Origin: Chitinophagales bacterium
GTDB lineage: Bacteria; Bacteroidota; Bacteroidia; Chitinophagales; Saprospiraceae
Length of the DNA: 64,000 nucleotides
Reading direction: 5' to 3'
NCBI GenBank assembly: GCA_026928325.1
Contig: JAIXKS010000039.1
Span: 66,929-130,928 of the forward strand
Shown here: positions 40,961 to 51,020 of the stretch, piece after piece
Layout: each line of letters opens with the position of its first letter
How positions within the stretch are numbered: position 1 is the stretch's first letter
Position numbers and translations under genes: made by a program
Notes under the pieces: model-generated
Seen by the model: the letters and a program-made list of their open reading frames with translations, nothing else
Told to the model about the DNA's origin: nothing
Databases searched by the model: none

Positions 40961-43900
40961 TTAAGGTTTTAACATTTCGAGGGTATCGTGCTCTGTGGCC
41001 TCGGGTTTTATACGGGATTGCTGCTTTTCAAGCTGACCAATCAAGTCCAGTCTGCTTTGAGCTTCACCCAATAATTCCTTGTCGCCTTGAAAGTTTTCTA
41101 TGATGGCTTCTAAAGCAGCACGAGCATTGAAAAGATCTTGACGATCCACGTAGATGTCGGATAATAATATCAGGCTTTTGGCTATCCAATAAGGATAAGC
41201 GGCATTTTGTTCGTTGGCAAGGTTACATTGGGCTTCTGCATCTTTGATTTTGCCTTGCTTGTATAAAATCTCTGCCAACATGTATCGTGATTCGGCAGCT
41301 TGATTATTGTCTGTCATGGTGCTGACTTGCTTAAAGGCTTGAGTAGCTTGCGGCATGTCATTTTCACGCATGTAGGTCTTCGCTAGATAGTACCAAGCCG
41401 ACGCTTGCTCATCTTTATCTGCTCTTTTATCTGTCGTAACCATATGTCCATATTGTTTGATTGCATCACTATTAGATATTCTGAATGCACTTCTCAAAGC
41501 TCCTAGAGCCGCTTTATATTTTTCATCTTCATCGGTGATCTTTTGATAATAAAGGTCATAATACTTAAAGGCCTTGTCAAATTCCTGAGTAGAATTATAA
41601 GCGATCAATGCTGACTTGCGGATAGCTTGGATATAAAATTCAGAAGTACCGGCCTGAACCGTTTTTTCATAATCGGCTAATGCTAGGTTGTACTTTTTGA
41701 GAATGCTGTACGATTCTGCACGATAATATGTAGCTGATAATCGATTAGCACCATTCGGATATTTGTCTAGATAATTGCTAAATCCCGTGATGGCTTTTTC
41801 GTATTCACCATCATTGTATCTCAAATTTCCTACCATATAGGCTAACGAATCTGCCGTACTTGCGGTAACATTATAACCAGGGATGGTACTTACATAGGCT
41901 ACATATTCGTCAGATTTTCCTAAATCATTGATATAAATCTCCTGAAGGCCGAGTAGGGCACTTTCAGATTCTCGTGCGGAAGGATTATTGGCCATGACCG
42001 CTTTATAATGGGTAATGGCTGTGTTTAGATCTCCTTTGTTATACGCAATAAGCCCAATTTTGAGATGCGCTTCATTGACGTAAGGACTCGTCTTGTATTG
42101 CGCAGTTAATTCTTGATAGGTTTGATATGCATTTTCGAAATTTTCGACTTCTGCATAGGTGTCTCCAAGTTGCAAAAGGGCATCATCAGCATATTCTGAC
42201 TTAGGATGTTGCAGTTTCAAATTGCGTAGAGTAACGATTTTTTGGTAGGGTTCGTCCAATAAACCTTCCAACATCCCACGCTGATACATGGCATAAATAT
42301 AAGGTCCTTGCTTTTTTTGAACGACTTGATCATAAGTTTTAACGGCATCTTTATACTGTTTGCGCTTAAACTGGCAATCACCAATTCTTACGATTGCGTC
42401 CGGCCAAACGACTTCTGAGATTTGTTTGTTTTTGATCTTTGAAAGTTGTGCTTGAATCAAGGCGTGTGTTTGAGTAAAAGCCTTTTCAGCGTCACTGTAT
42501 TGTTGTTGCTTGAAGTAATTGTACCCTTGGGTATAATATGCCATAGCCTGCGTAGATTCGTCCGGCATCCAAGTGATATCACTACTTGTTTTGAAGTAGG
42601 TAGTGAGCAAGGCATTAGAAGCCTCATATTCTTGTGACTCATGCTTGACCATTGCCGCCCAATATAGACCTTGAGATGCGGTGATTCGACTGGCTTGATA
42701 TTGATTTGCTTTGATAAAATTTGCGTAAGCAGCATCTTTTATATCATCATTATAGAGTTGAATACCGTATTTCAACGCCAGACTTTGATAGACGACTTTC
42801 ATCTTTTCATTGACGGTAGTCATATTTTCGATGATTTGAAGCCCAGTAGCATAATCCGACGTATTTTCGAGTAGATTTACGAGGATATCTTGAGCTTCCG
42901 CATAATAAGGATTACTAGTATCGATTTTTAGAAGGGTATTGATAGCTTCACGTTCGTATCCTGATTCTGCCGACAGTTTAGCGTAATTGATCAGCGCTTC
43001 ATCTCTAAGGTTGGGCTCATAGTCCATTTGGCTTACCTTTTTGAAGGCTGTTCGTGCTGAAAGCTTATCTCCGGTTTTGTTGTAGCAGTCAGCTAAGTAA
43101 TGATTGACTAACTGACCAAGGCGGCTATCTAAGAGGCTCAATTCTTTAAAATGTGGGATGGCTTGTGGATAATTTCCTAATTTGTAATGAGAAAATCCAA
43201 GCTGATAAAACTCCTCGGTCGTTAATTTTTCAGAATTGTCTTCATAATAAGCGAGATGTGGGAGCGCCTGCTCGTATTTTTCTTGACGAAAATAAGCTTG
43301 TCCTAAGATCAACCGAATCTCCTTTCTATTGCGCAATTGCTTGTCATTGAGTGCGCCTTCTCCGTATTGAATGACTTTGTCATCTTGATGTTGTGCAGCA
43401 TAGATTTGTACCAAATTATAGGGTATAAAAGATTTATAAGTTTCATGGTTTTTCACTAAATCGAAACTGGCGATGGCACCACCATAACTTCCGAGGAAGT
43501 ATTCGCACATGCCATAATAGTAATTGGTCGGGTAGTAAAAATCGCCGCGAATGTCTCGGGTGCGATCGAGTTCATGGCGTGCTAACATAAATTCCTTCGT
43601 CACAAAGAGAGCATATCCTTTTTTTAGAGAAGCCTCTGCCATTTCATCCGTCGAAAGTCGGTCTAATTGAACCATGTCATAGGTCTCAATACATCTTTGA
43701 TACCATTTTTTATTGAAGTAGTAACTACCCAATTCAAGTATAGCGGGTATTGTAACTGGGTCTGGATATTTGTGATTGATAAAAGCGACTAATTCTTGTT
43801 CGCCACTCATCAAATCCGCCCGAAGACCTGATATAGCAGCCATAGCAAGGGCTTCATCTTTAAGATTGGCAAAATCATCCTCGGGAGCAGGTCTTTGTTG

Positions 43901-44065
43901 CTCTGCAAAGAGTTGTAATGGATACCGGGCACCACCATAAAGATTATAATCAAATAGGGTAGAACCATGATGGTAATCTCCAAGGACATTTTTATCTACT
44001 TTGTTTTCCTGTGCGTGCGCATGAAAGGCTGCAAGGATGAAAACAACGATTTTTAAAGGCTTCAT
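40961..44065 (-). CDS. large secreted tetratricopeptide-repeat protein
   Basis: 1034 aa; signal peptide, many TPR-like A..Y...G.Y..A units. Confidence 0.75.
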   Translation of the reverse strand: MKPLKIVVFILAAFHAHAQENKVDKNVLGDYHHGSTLFDYNLYGGARYPLQLFAEQQRPAPEDDFANLKDEALAMAAISGLRADLMSGEQELVAFINHKYPDPVTIPAILELGSYYFNKKWYQRCIETYDMVQLDRLSTDEMAEASLKKGYALFVTKEFMLARHELDRTRDIRGDFYYPTNYYYGMCEYFLGSYGGAIASFDLVKNHETYKSFIPYNLVQIYAAQHQDDKVIQYGEGALNDKQLRNRKEIRLILGQAYFRQEKYEQALPHLAYYEDNSEKLTTEEFYQLGFSHYKLGNYPQAIPHFKELSLLDSRLGQLVNHYLADCYNKTGDKLSARTAFKKVSQMDYEPNLRDEALINYAKLSAESGYEREAINTLLKIDTSNPYYAEAQDILVNLLENTSDYATGLQIIENMTTVNEKMKVVYQSLALKYGIQLYNDDIKDAAYANFIKANQYQASRITASQGLYWAAMVKHESQEYEASNALLTTYFKTSSDITWMPDESTQAMAYYTQGYNYFKQQQYSDAEKAFTQTHALIQAQLSKIKNKQISEVVWPDAIVRIGDCQFKRKQYKDAVKTYDQVVQKKQGPYIYAMYQRGMLEGLLDEPYQKIVTLRNLKLQHPKSEYADDALLQLGDTYAEVENFENAYQTYQELTAQYKTSPYVNEAHLKIGLIAYNKGDLNTAITHYKAVMANNPSARESESALLGLQEIYINDLGKSDEYVAYVSTIPGYNVTASTADSLAYMVGNLRYNDGEYEKAITGFSNYLDKYPNGANRLSATYYRAESYSILKKYNLALADYEKTVQAGTSEFYIQAIRKSALIAYNSTQEFDKAFKYYDLYYQKITDEDEKYKAALGALRSAFRISNSDAIKQYGHMVTTDKRADKDEQASAWYYLAKTYMRENDMPQATQAFKQVSTMTDNNQAAESRYMLAEILYKQGKIKDAEAQCNLANEQNAAYPYWIAKSLILLSDIYVDRQDLFNARAALEAIIENFQGDKELLGEAQSRLDLIGQLEKQQSRIKPEATEHDTLEMLKP

Positions 44066-44459
44066 AAATAATGGTCAATTTTTGAAAGATGCAATGTCAA
44101 GGCCAAATTTAATAGTTAAAAACATATGATGATGAATTGCACTATATAATATCGGCCGAATATGGAGGCAAATATATAACAATTTTTTGTAATATGTAAC
44201 ATTATTGAAGAATTATTGATGAGGAAGGTAGAATAGGGGATGTGAGCATCACTAAAAGGTTGCGATTTTATTTTAGGAGTAATAGTAAAGTAGGAAAATG
44301 AATCTTGATTATCAAGAGGAAATAAAAATAATTAAATAAAAATCAGTTCAAATAACTTGGAAATTCAATAATTTTTGTATTTTTACAGCATAATTCGTCG
44401 ATATGAGCTATTTTGAAAATATTAGTTTGTTGATTTTCAGGATTTTACATGTTGACGCA

Positions 44460-46014
44460 GTCCGAACCATATGTCCAGCTTAGAAGGATTAAGACCATTA
44501 TAACCTGCATCTACTGTTGATGCCTTCAATGTCCGAACCATATGTCCAGCTTAGAAGGATTAAGACTAGCACTATTTGTATATATAGGCTAATCCTATTA
44601 CGGTCCGAACCATATGTCCAGCTTAGAAGGATTAAGACTCAACCGCTACTGAAAATACATCTGGATTTTTAGTAGGTCCGAACCATATGTCCAGCTTAGA
44701 AGGATTAAGACTATCAATCTTAAATGTAGATAAAAAGAAATTATCTAAGTCCGAACCATATGTCCAGCTTAGAAGGATTAAGACAGGACAAAGGTAAACC
44801 TATCATTTTCTAATTGAATGGTCCGAACCATATGTCCAGCTTAGAAGGATTAAGACCAAGAGCAGAGATTAATGTTTGAAAAACTTCGGTTGGAGTGTCC
44901 GAACCATATGTCCAGCTTAGAAGGATTAAGACCCTCATATATGTTTTGTGTGATTAGGTCGTGCAAGTCCGAACCATATGTCCAGCTTAGAAGGATTAAG
45001 ACATATCAATTTTTATTGGTTTAAATTAGATGTTAAGTCCGAACCATATGTCCAGCTTAGAAGGATTAAGACTTTCTTTTTCTGTGAACTTTAGATCTTT
45101 CGTTGTTTTTGTCCGAACCATATGTCCAGCTTAGAAGGATTAAGACCAACTCGTTTCTAAACAGTAACATATTATAATTATTTGTCCGAACCATATGTCC
45201 AGCTTAGAAGGATTAAGACTTGGTCTGCCATCGCTATTCTGATTTTATTTTTTAAGTCCGAACCATATGTCCAGCTTAGAAGGATTAAGACGTTTGTGGG
45301 TTAATTACAGGGCTTTGTCCATCATAAGTCCGAACCATATGTCCAGCTTAGAAGGATTAAGACTTCTTAGCTGCTGGTGCAGCAAAAGGGTTAATAAAGT
45401 CCGAACCATATGTCCAGCTTAGAAGGATTAAGACTCTGCACTTTTAAAGTACAGACTGTAATGATTTTTAGTCCGAACCATATGTCCAGCTTAGAAGGAT
45501 TAAGACCAGCAAAAGGGTTATTATAGTCTGCACTTTTAAAGGTCCGAACCATATGTCCAGCTTAGAAGGATTAAGACACTTGAAATTCGTTGTCAGATAA
45601 AAAGTTTAGAAAATGTCCGAACCATATGTCCAGCTTAGAAGGATTAAGACACCCGTCAATAAGGTCGTAAAAGTCACCTATACTATTGTCCGAACCATAT
45701 GTCCAGCTTAGAAGGATTAAGACATCACTCTTCTTGATCGAAAGAGCAATGAACTCAAGTCCGAACCATATGTCCAGCTTAGAAGGATTAAGACTTCTAA
45801 TGATTTTAATAATATAACAATATATTCCTTAGGTCCGAACCATATGTCCAGCTTAGAAGGATTAAGACTTCTGTTTTGGTTACTGTTATATCATCTACAG
45901 TATATGTCCGAACCATATGTCCAGCTTAGAAGGATTAAGACGTTATATCGCTGGTAGATACTCTTCACCTTCACGGAGGTCCGAACCATATGTCCAGCTT
46001 AGAAGGATTTAAAA
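44460..46014 (+). CRISPR. CRISPR array: 22 repeats of 36 bp (GTCCGAACCATATGTCCAGCTTAGAAGGATTAAGAC), 21 spacers of 34-40 bp
   Basis: Repeats counted by hand; 21 are identical and the last (45979..46014) degenerates after nt 31. AT-rich leader at 44066..44459. The repeat 3' end ATTAAGAC resembles the canonical 8-nt crRNA 5' tag, so transcription is left to right. Confidence 0.97.
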
Positions 46015-46050
46015 AAGTCATATGATAATTTTTCGTCATATGACTTTTTT
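46011..46050 (+). terminator. rho-independent terminator closing the CRISPR array
   Basis: AAAAAAGTCATATGA / TCATATGACTTTTTT, a 15-bp stem with a 10-nt loop and T-run, overlapping the degenerate last repeat. Confidence 0.65.
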
Positions 46051-46275
46051 CTTATCCATACCATAGTTTAGAATGATAGGTATAGAGGATGCGTCTTAAT
46101 GAAGCAAGGGGCGCAAAAGTCAAAGCTTGTGTTTTTATATCAATCGTTGTAGGCATATTTCGATTTATTTTCCTATTCGCATATCCGTCAAAACATAGCG
46201 GCGGAACCATGATTTTGATCAGGAAATTATTGACAGCAAATAATAATTCAAAATATTTTAGAAATTTATTCTTTG

Positions 46276-46294
46276 AATGCAAGAATTTTGCATT
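46276..46294. promoter_or_regulatory. candidate operator: palindrome AATGCAA-N5-TTGCATT upstream of cas6
   Basis: Arms identical to the palindrome at 59601..59619. Centre is ~65 nt upstream of the cas6 ATG. Confidence 0.5.
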
Positions 46295-46349
46295 TTGTAT
46301 CGTATATTAGCGTTTCTATTGAACTATATCCGTTTTAAAAAGCGCAATT

Positions 46350-47093
46350 ATGCCAAAAACCAGGTACTTACATATCGTTTTTTCTGAGCCGATACAATCG
46401 TATGATATCCCTAAGTTCAGAGCCGCAGTGATTGAAAAGACCAAGAGAGAATCCACCTTGTTTCACAATCATGTGGACGACAATGTATATATTTATAGGT
46501 ATCCATTGATACAATATAAAGTGACGGATAAGAAAGCTAGCTTGATATGTTTGGCTGAAGCGACGGAAGACATTCATTATCTATTGAAGCAGCGACAATT
46601 TGATTTTCGTATCGCAGGGCGAACCGTCAATTATGAGATCGATGATGTCCGGCTTAAATATGAATTAATTCAAACGTGGGATCAGGACTTTGTTTATAAT
46701 CTCCATCATTGGATTGCGCTCAATCAGGATAATTATCGGGAGTATCAACAATTAGCCACCTTAATCGAAAGGATTGCTTTTTTAGAACACCTTCTCGAAA
46801 AACACCTGCGGATCTTTATGGAAGCCATGGGCGCAGAAGAGGTCATACCACTTCAACTAAATATTCTCGACATCAAAGGAGAAAAGTATATAGAATATAA
46901 AAATATTTTTCATCTTACCTTTTCTCTTAATTTTAGATGTAATCTTTCTATACCCAATCATGTGGGTATCGGAAAAGGCGTAAGTGTCGGGTTTGGGCTG
47001 GTGAAAAAACTAGGAGATTCAAATGATTTATTTCATCGAAAATCGAAAAGTAAGGTAAAAAGTGATGAAGCATTCCCTATTATTGATGATTAA
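46350..47093 (+). CDS. cas6: CRISPR endoribonuclease Cas6
   Basis: 247 aa; C-terminal glycine-rich loop GIGKGVSVGFGLV, position between the array and cas10. Confidence 0.8.
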   Translation: MPKTRYLHIVFSEPIQSYDIPKFRAAVIEKTKRESTLFHNHVDDNVYIYRYPLIQYKVTDKKASLICLAEATEDIHYLLKQRQFDFRIAGRTVNYEIDDVRLKYELIQTWDQDFVYNLHHWIALNQDNYREYQQLATLIERIAFLEHLLEKHLRIFMEAMGAEEVIPLQLNILDIKGEKYIEYKNIFHLTFSLNFRCNLSIPNHVGIGKGVSVGFGLVKKLGDSNDLFHRKSKSKVKSDEAFPIIDD

Positions 47094-47299
47094 AAATCAT
47101 TTTTCAATGGTAAGTATGTCATGGTTGCATTTTAAATTAAATATTAGACAATTTATGTAGAGCATTAAGATAGAAAGATTGGGTGTAGGTAAGTTTGAGG
47201 GTAAGGATTGTAAAATGGGTAAGTTTAGAATTTAAGATTAAGATTTAGAATAAATATCTAAGTTCAGTTTATGAGGTTATTTAGAAATGATGAAAGAAT

Positions 47300-49951
47300 A
47301 TGAGTATTAAAGAAAGGCAAAGAATAGTTTTAGCAGCTTTACTTCATGATATCGGAAAGTTTTGGGAACGAGCTGATTTAAAATACGATCAATCAGAAGT
47401 AATTAAAAAAGAATTTCCTAATAAGGAATACAATCATGTGGTTCCTACATACCCAAACGGAAATCCGATGTATAGTCATGCACTATGGACACAGGCATTT
47501 TTTAATAAATACGGGATAGGGGCGCATTTGGCATTGGATGATGAAAAGGACAAAAACCTTGCTAATTTGTCAGCAAAGCATCACCGACCAACAAACCATT
47601 TGGAGGCTATAATTTCTCTTGCAGACAAATGGTCATCTTCTATTGACAGACCTGACGAAGATCAAGAAGATGAAAATTTCTATAAGGAGGTTAAAGAGAA
47701 ATGGGGAGAGCAGTTTCAGAAGAAGGTGCCATTGGAAAATATTTTTGATATTCTTAATAGAGAAACCAAGGATTACGATAGTCACTGTCTAAAATTAGCA
47801 AAACTGAATGTATTGGACAGTGATATACTATTTAGTCAAAAAACTGTACCGGACAAAAATAGTAACCTGCAGGATCAATATCATGACTTGTGGAAAGGAT
47901 TTGAAAAAGAAATAACTTCATTAATAAGCAGATGTACTGATTTTGACAGTTTTTACACATCCATTAATGACATACTTAGGAATTATACGTGGTGCATGCC
48001 TTCAGCTACCAATGTCATTCCAGCCAATGTAAGTCTTTATGAGCATTTAAAGACTACCGCTGCCATTGCATTGAGCTTATATGATTATTATAAGGATTCA
48101 AATAAAGAGATAACGATTCAGGGAGATTGGCAAAGTTCTGTAAGAGATATTGACACGCTGTTGATGGTTTGTATTGATCTTTCTGGAATTCAAAAGTTTA
48201 TATATGATATAGCTAATAAAAAAGCCGCAAAAAGTTTGAAAGGTCGTTCATTTTATCTCAATTTGTTGATGCAGCATATTGTTGATAAGGTATTAAATCA
48301 TGAAAATATTCTTTGCTATCCGACTAATGTCATTTATTCAAGTGGTGGTAAAGCATATATGATTTTGCCAAATATTGAAAGAGTAAAGGACGCATTAATC
48401 GACGTAGAAGAACAGATTCAGGCTTTCCTTTTTAAAGAATACCATGGAAAACTGTTTGCTTGTTTTGGTGCGCTTGCTTTTGGATATGAAACCTTTAAAG
48501 ATAACAATGGGATTTGGGCTAATAAGATTTTTAGTAAAGAATTAACTGGAAAAGAAAAAAATATGCTTGCTGAAGACATTTTTGATCTTGGCGATTTATG
48601 GCGTTTTGCATCCGATAGGGCTTCGGCTAAGAAAGGGCAAAAGTTCAAAAGTCAGCTAATAGCTGATTATAATTCTTTTTTTAAGCCTCAATCAATTGAT
48701 TATAATTTAAATAAATGTGCTGTAACCGGTGAAAGAGGCGCATTGTTCGATATGAATAATAATAGAGATTCTTCTGACCAAATATGGGTATTAAAACAAG
48801 TTTACGATCAAGCAGAATTAGGTGAAGCCCTTAAAAAAGGCAATTTTATTATTTCATATAAGGATATTCGGGATAAACTTAGAACCGACATTCAAGTTAG
48901 TGATGAATTTTTTGAAATCAAGGATATAGAACACATCAAAAATCTTCCGGCTTCACTATATGATAAGGCGACTATAAGTACAATGAATAATACGGATGCG
49001 ACAATAGTTGCTTCAAATGTTGGAGTTAAAACCATCTTCTATGGAGGAAATAAGCAACCTGAAAATATCAATGGCGATTATAAAACCTATGAAGACTTAG
49101 CGTTAACAGACAAAGGAAATCGTACCAAATTTGGTATCCTGCGCATGGATGTGGACAATCTGGGTCAGATATTCATTCATGGATTTAATGAAAAGGTTCA
49201 GAAAAAATCATTTGCGGCATACTCGACTTTGTCGTTTATGTTAGAAGCATTTTTCAGTGGACATATCAATCATATACATCAGTCTAATCCTGAGTTTAAA
49301 GATTATGTACAGATATTATATTCTGGAGGAGATGACTTGTTTGCTGTAGGTAGGTGGGATGCTATTATCAATTTTGCATATGAGGTCAGGAAGGAATTTG
49401 CTCGATTTGTCAGTCGGGATGACATATCCATTAGCGGTGGAATAGCTATTGTAGGAGCTAAGTACCCAATCATGAAGTCTGCCGATTTAGCGGGAGATGC
49501 TGAGAAAGCCGCAAAAGATTTCAATAACAAGGCTAAGAATGCCATTAATTTTTTCGGAGAGACTGTCAGCTGGGATAAAGAGTTTGAATTTGTTAAAGGC
49601 ATGAAAGATAGTTTTATGTACTTTAAAGATGCAACAGGTACTGCATTACTTCAAAACATACAAAAATATAAACTGATTAAAGATAACGGTATTAAATTGA
49701 ATAAGAAGGATTTAAGTTACCTTTGGCATAGTGCTTATACTTTAAAAAGAATGGCGGACAGAATTGGAGATAAAGACAAACAAGCCGTAGAATTTGTGGA
49801 ACACATAGCAGATAATATACTGTACAACAAAGAATATGGTTCTGAACGATACCTAGACTTAATGGCATTAGCAGCAAGATGGGCAGAATATTTATTAAAA
49901 GATAAAAACAAAAATTTAGAAGAGTATGAAATATCCAGAGAAGAAGTTTGA
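47300..49951 (+). CDS. cas10: type III-A Cas10/Csm1
   Basis: 883 aa; N-terminal HD nuclease motif LLHDIGKF plus HHRP...SLADKWSS; Palm/cyclase motif YSGGDDLFAVG intact. Confidence 0.93.
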   Translation: MSIKERQRIVLAALLHDIGKFWERADLKYDQSEVIKKEFPNKEYNHVVPTYPNGNPMYSHALWTQAFFNKYGIGAHLALDDEKDKNLANLSAKHHRPTNHLEAIISLADKWSSSIDRPDEDQEDENFYKEVKEKWGEQFQKKVPLENIFDILNRETKDYDSHCLKLAKLNVLDSDILFSQKTVPDKNSNLQDQYHDLWKGFEKEITSLISRCTDFDSFYTSINDILRNYTWCMPSATNVIPANVSLYEHLKTTAAIALSLYDYYKDSNKEITIQGDWQSSVRDIDTLLMVCIDLSGIQKFIYDIANKKAAKSLKGRSFYLNLLMQHIVDKVLNHENILCYPTNVIYSSGGKAYMILPNIERVKDALIDVEEQIQAFLFKEYHGKLFACFGALAFGYETFKDNNGIWANKIFSKELTGKEKNMLAEDIFDLGDLWRFASDRASAKKGQKFKSQLIADYNSFFKPQSIDYNLNKCAVTGERGALFDMNNNRDSSDQIWVLKQVYDQAELGEALKKGNFIISYKDIRDKLRTDIQVSDEFFEIKDIEHIKNLPASLYDKATISTMNNTDATIVASNVGVKTIFYGGNKQPENINGDYKTYEDLALTDKGNRTKFGILRMDVDNLGQIFIHGFNEKVQKKSFAAYSTLSFMLEAFFSGHINHIHQSNPEFKDYVQILYSGGDDLFAVGRWDAIINFAYEVRKEFARFVSRDDISISGGIAIVGAKYPIMKSADLAGDAEKAAKDFNNKAKNAINFFGETVSWDKEFEFVKGMKDSFMYFKDATGTALLQNIQKYKLIKDNGIKLNKKDLSYLWHSAYTLKRMADRIGDKDKQAVEFVEHIADNILYNKEYGSERYLDLMALAARWAEYLLKDKNKNLEEYEISREEV

Positions 49952-50360
49952 CCCAAAATGGGTTAACGGCGAATCAAAAATTGACGAACAGGTTGTTGAA
50001 TGGTTAGAATCCTTTGGAGGGTTCCTTGCTAAGGATGGTGATGATAATGGAAATGATAAACCAAAAGCCTTATCATCATCTCAAATCAGAAAATTTTTTG
50101 GTGAAGTTAAAAAAATTGAAGCTGATTTTGACAGAAAAAAAGGTGAAATCGTCCTTTTAGCGCCCAAATTGGCTTATGCAGTAGGTAGAGATTACAAAGC
50201 TCAAATGAAAAGAAGTGAATCTAAAATAAAGGAATTTCATGATGAGATTATACGAGGTCTTAACGAAGTAAAAGAAGATAAAAAGCGATATTCAAACTTC
50301 GTGAATTTAGTAGAAGGTATTGTAGCATATCATAGATATAAAGGAGGAAAAGTAAATTAA
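49926..50360 (+). CDS. csm2: type III-A small subunit Csm2
   Basis: 144 aa helical protein directly after cas10 (26-nt overlap); LSSSQIRKFFGEVKKIE motif. Confidence 0.75.
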   Translation: MKYPEKKFDPKWVNGESKIDEQVVEWLESFGGFLAKDGDDNGNDKPKALSSSQIRKFFGEVKKIEADFDRKKGEIVLLAPKLAYAVGRDYKAQMKRSESKIKEFHDEIIRGLNEVKEDKKRYSNFVNLVEGIVAYHRYKGGKVN

Positions 50361-50372
50361 AAATCTAATAAT

Positions 50373-51020
50373 ATGAAGTTAATAAAAAAACAAAAATTGA
50401 CTGGGACAATAACATTGTTATCCGGTTTGCATATTGGGGACTCAAAAGAGTCAGCTGATATTGGTGGTGTTGATTCACCAATAGTAAGACGAAAAGACAG
50501 TAACCAACCCTATATTCCAGGTAGTAGTATAAAAGGAAAAATAAGATGTTTGTTAGAACAACTTGAAGGCGCAACTGAGGTAGGTAAAGGCGGCGCAGAA
50601 ATTAATCAGCTTTTTGGTATTACAGAAATAAAAAAAGATGGAGCGATCATAAGAAAGGCTGAACTTTCTAGGTTAATTGTTCGAGATTGTTATATGACAA
50701 AGGAATCAGTTAAAAAATTTAATGATTCTAATTTAGATACAGACTTACCATTTTCTGAAATAAAATTTGAAAATACCATTGATAGAGTGAAAGGTGCAGC
50801 AAGACAAGGAGGTTTGCGAAATATTGAGAGAATACCTGCCGGTGCTGAATTCGATTTTGAATTTATTTTAAATTATTATGAGGGTGATAGTGATAATTTA
50901 AGAAAATTATTAGATAAAGGTATTTCAGCATTAAATGCCGACTATCTAGGAGGAAGTGGTACTAGAGGATATGGACATATTGAGATGAAAATTGTAAATG
51001 ACGAACCCATTGAATTATGA
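50373..51020 (+). CDS. csm3: type III-A RAMP backbone subunit Csm3
   Basis: 215 aa; GLHIGDSKESADIGGVDSPIVRRKDSNQPYIPGSSIKGKIR (catalytic Asp context present), C-terminal GGSGTRGYG. Confidence 0.9.
   Translation: MKLIKKQKLTGTITLLSGLHIGDSKESADIGGVDSPIVRRKDSNQPYIPGSSIKGKIRCLLEQLEGATEVGKGGAEINQLFGITEIKKDGAIIRKAELSRLIVRDCYMTKESVKKFNDSNLDTDLPFSEIKFENTIDRVKGAARQGGLRNIERIPAGAEFDFEFILNYYEGDSDNLRKLLDKGISALNADYLGGSGTRGYGHIEMKIVNDEPIEL

Noticed and set aside
46052-46310. Overlapping 76-aa (minus) and 73-aa (plus) ORFs between the array and cas6
   Set aside because: They are mutually antisense in an AT-rich non-coding spacer and have no recognisable features. The region is better explained as the terminator plus the cas6 promoter/operator.
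47164-47244. Two ATTAAGAT octamers resembling the crRNA tag/repeat 3' end (ATTAAGAC) upstream of cas10, possibly a relic array
   Set aside because: There is no further repeat similarity and no regular spacing. An AT-rich 7-8-mer is expected by chance several times in this window.
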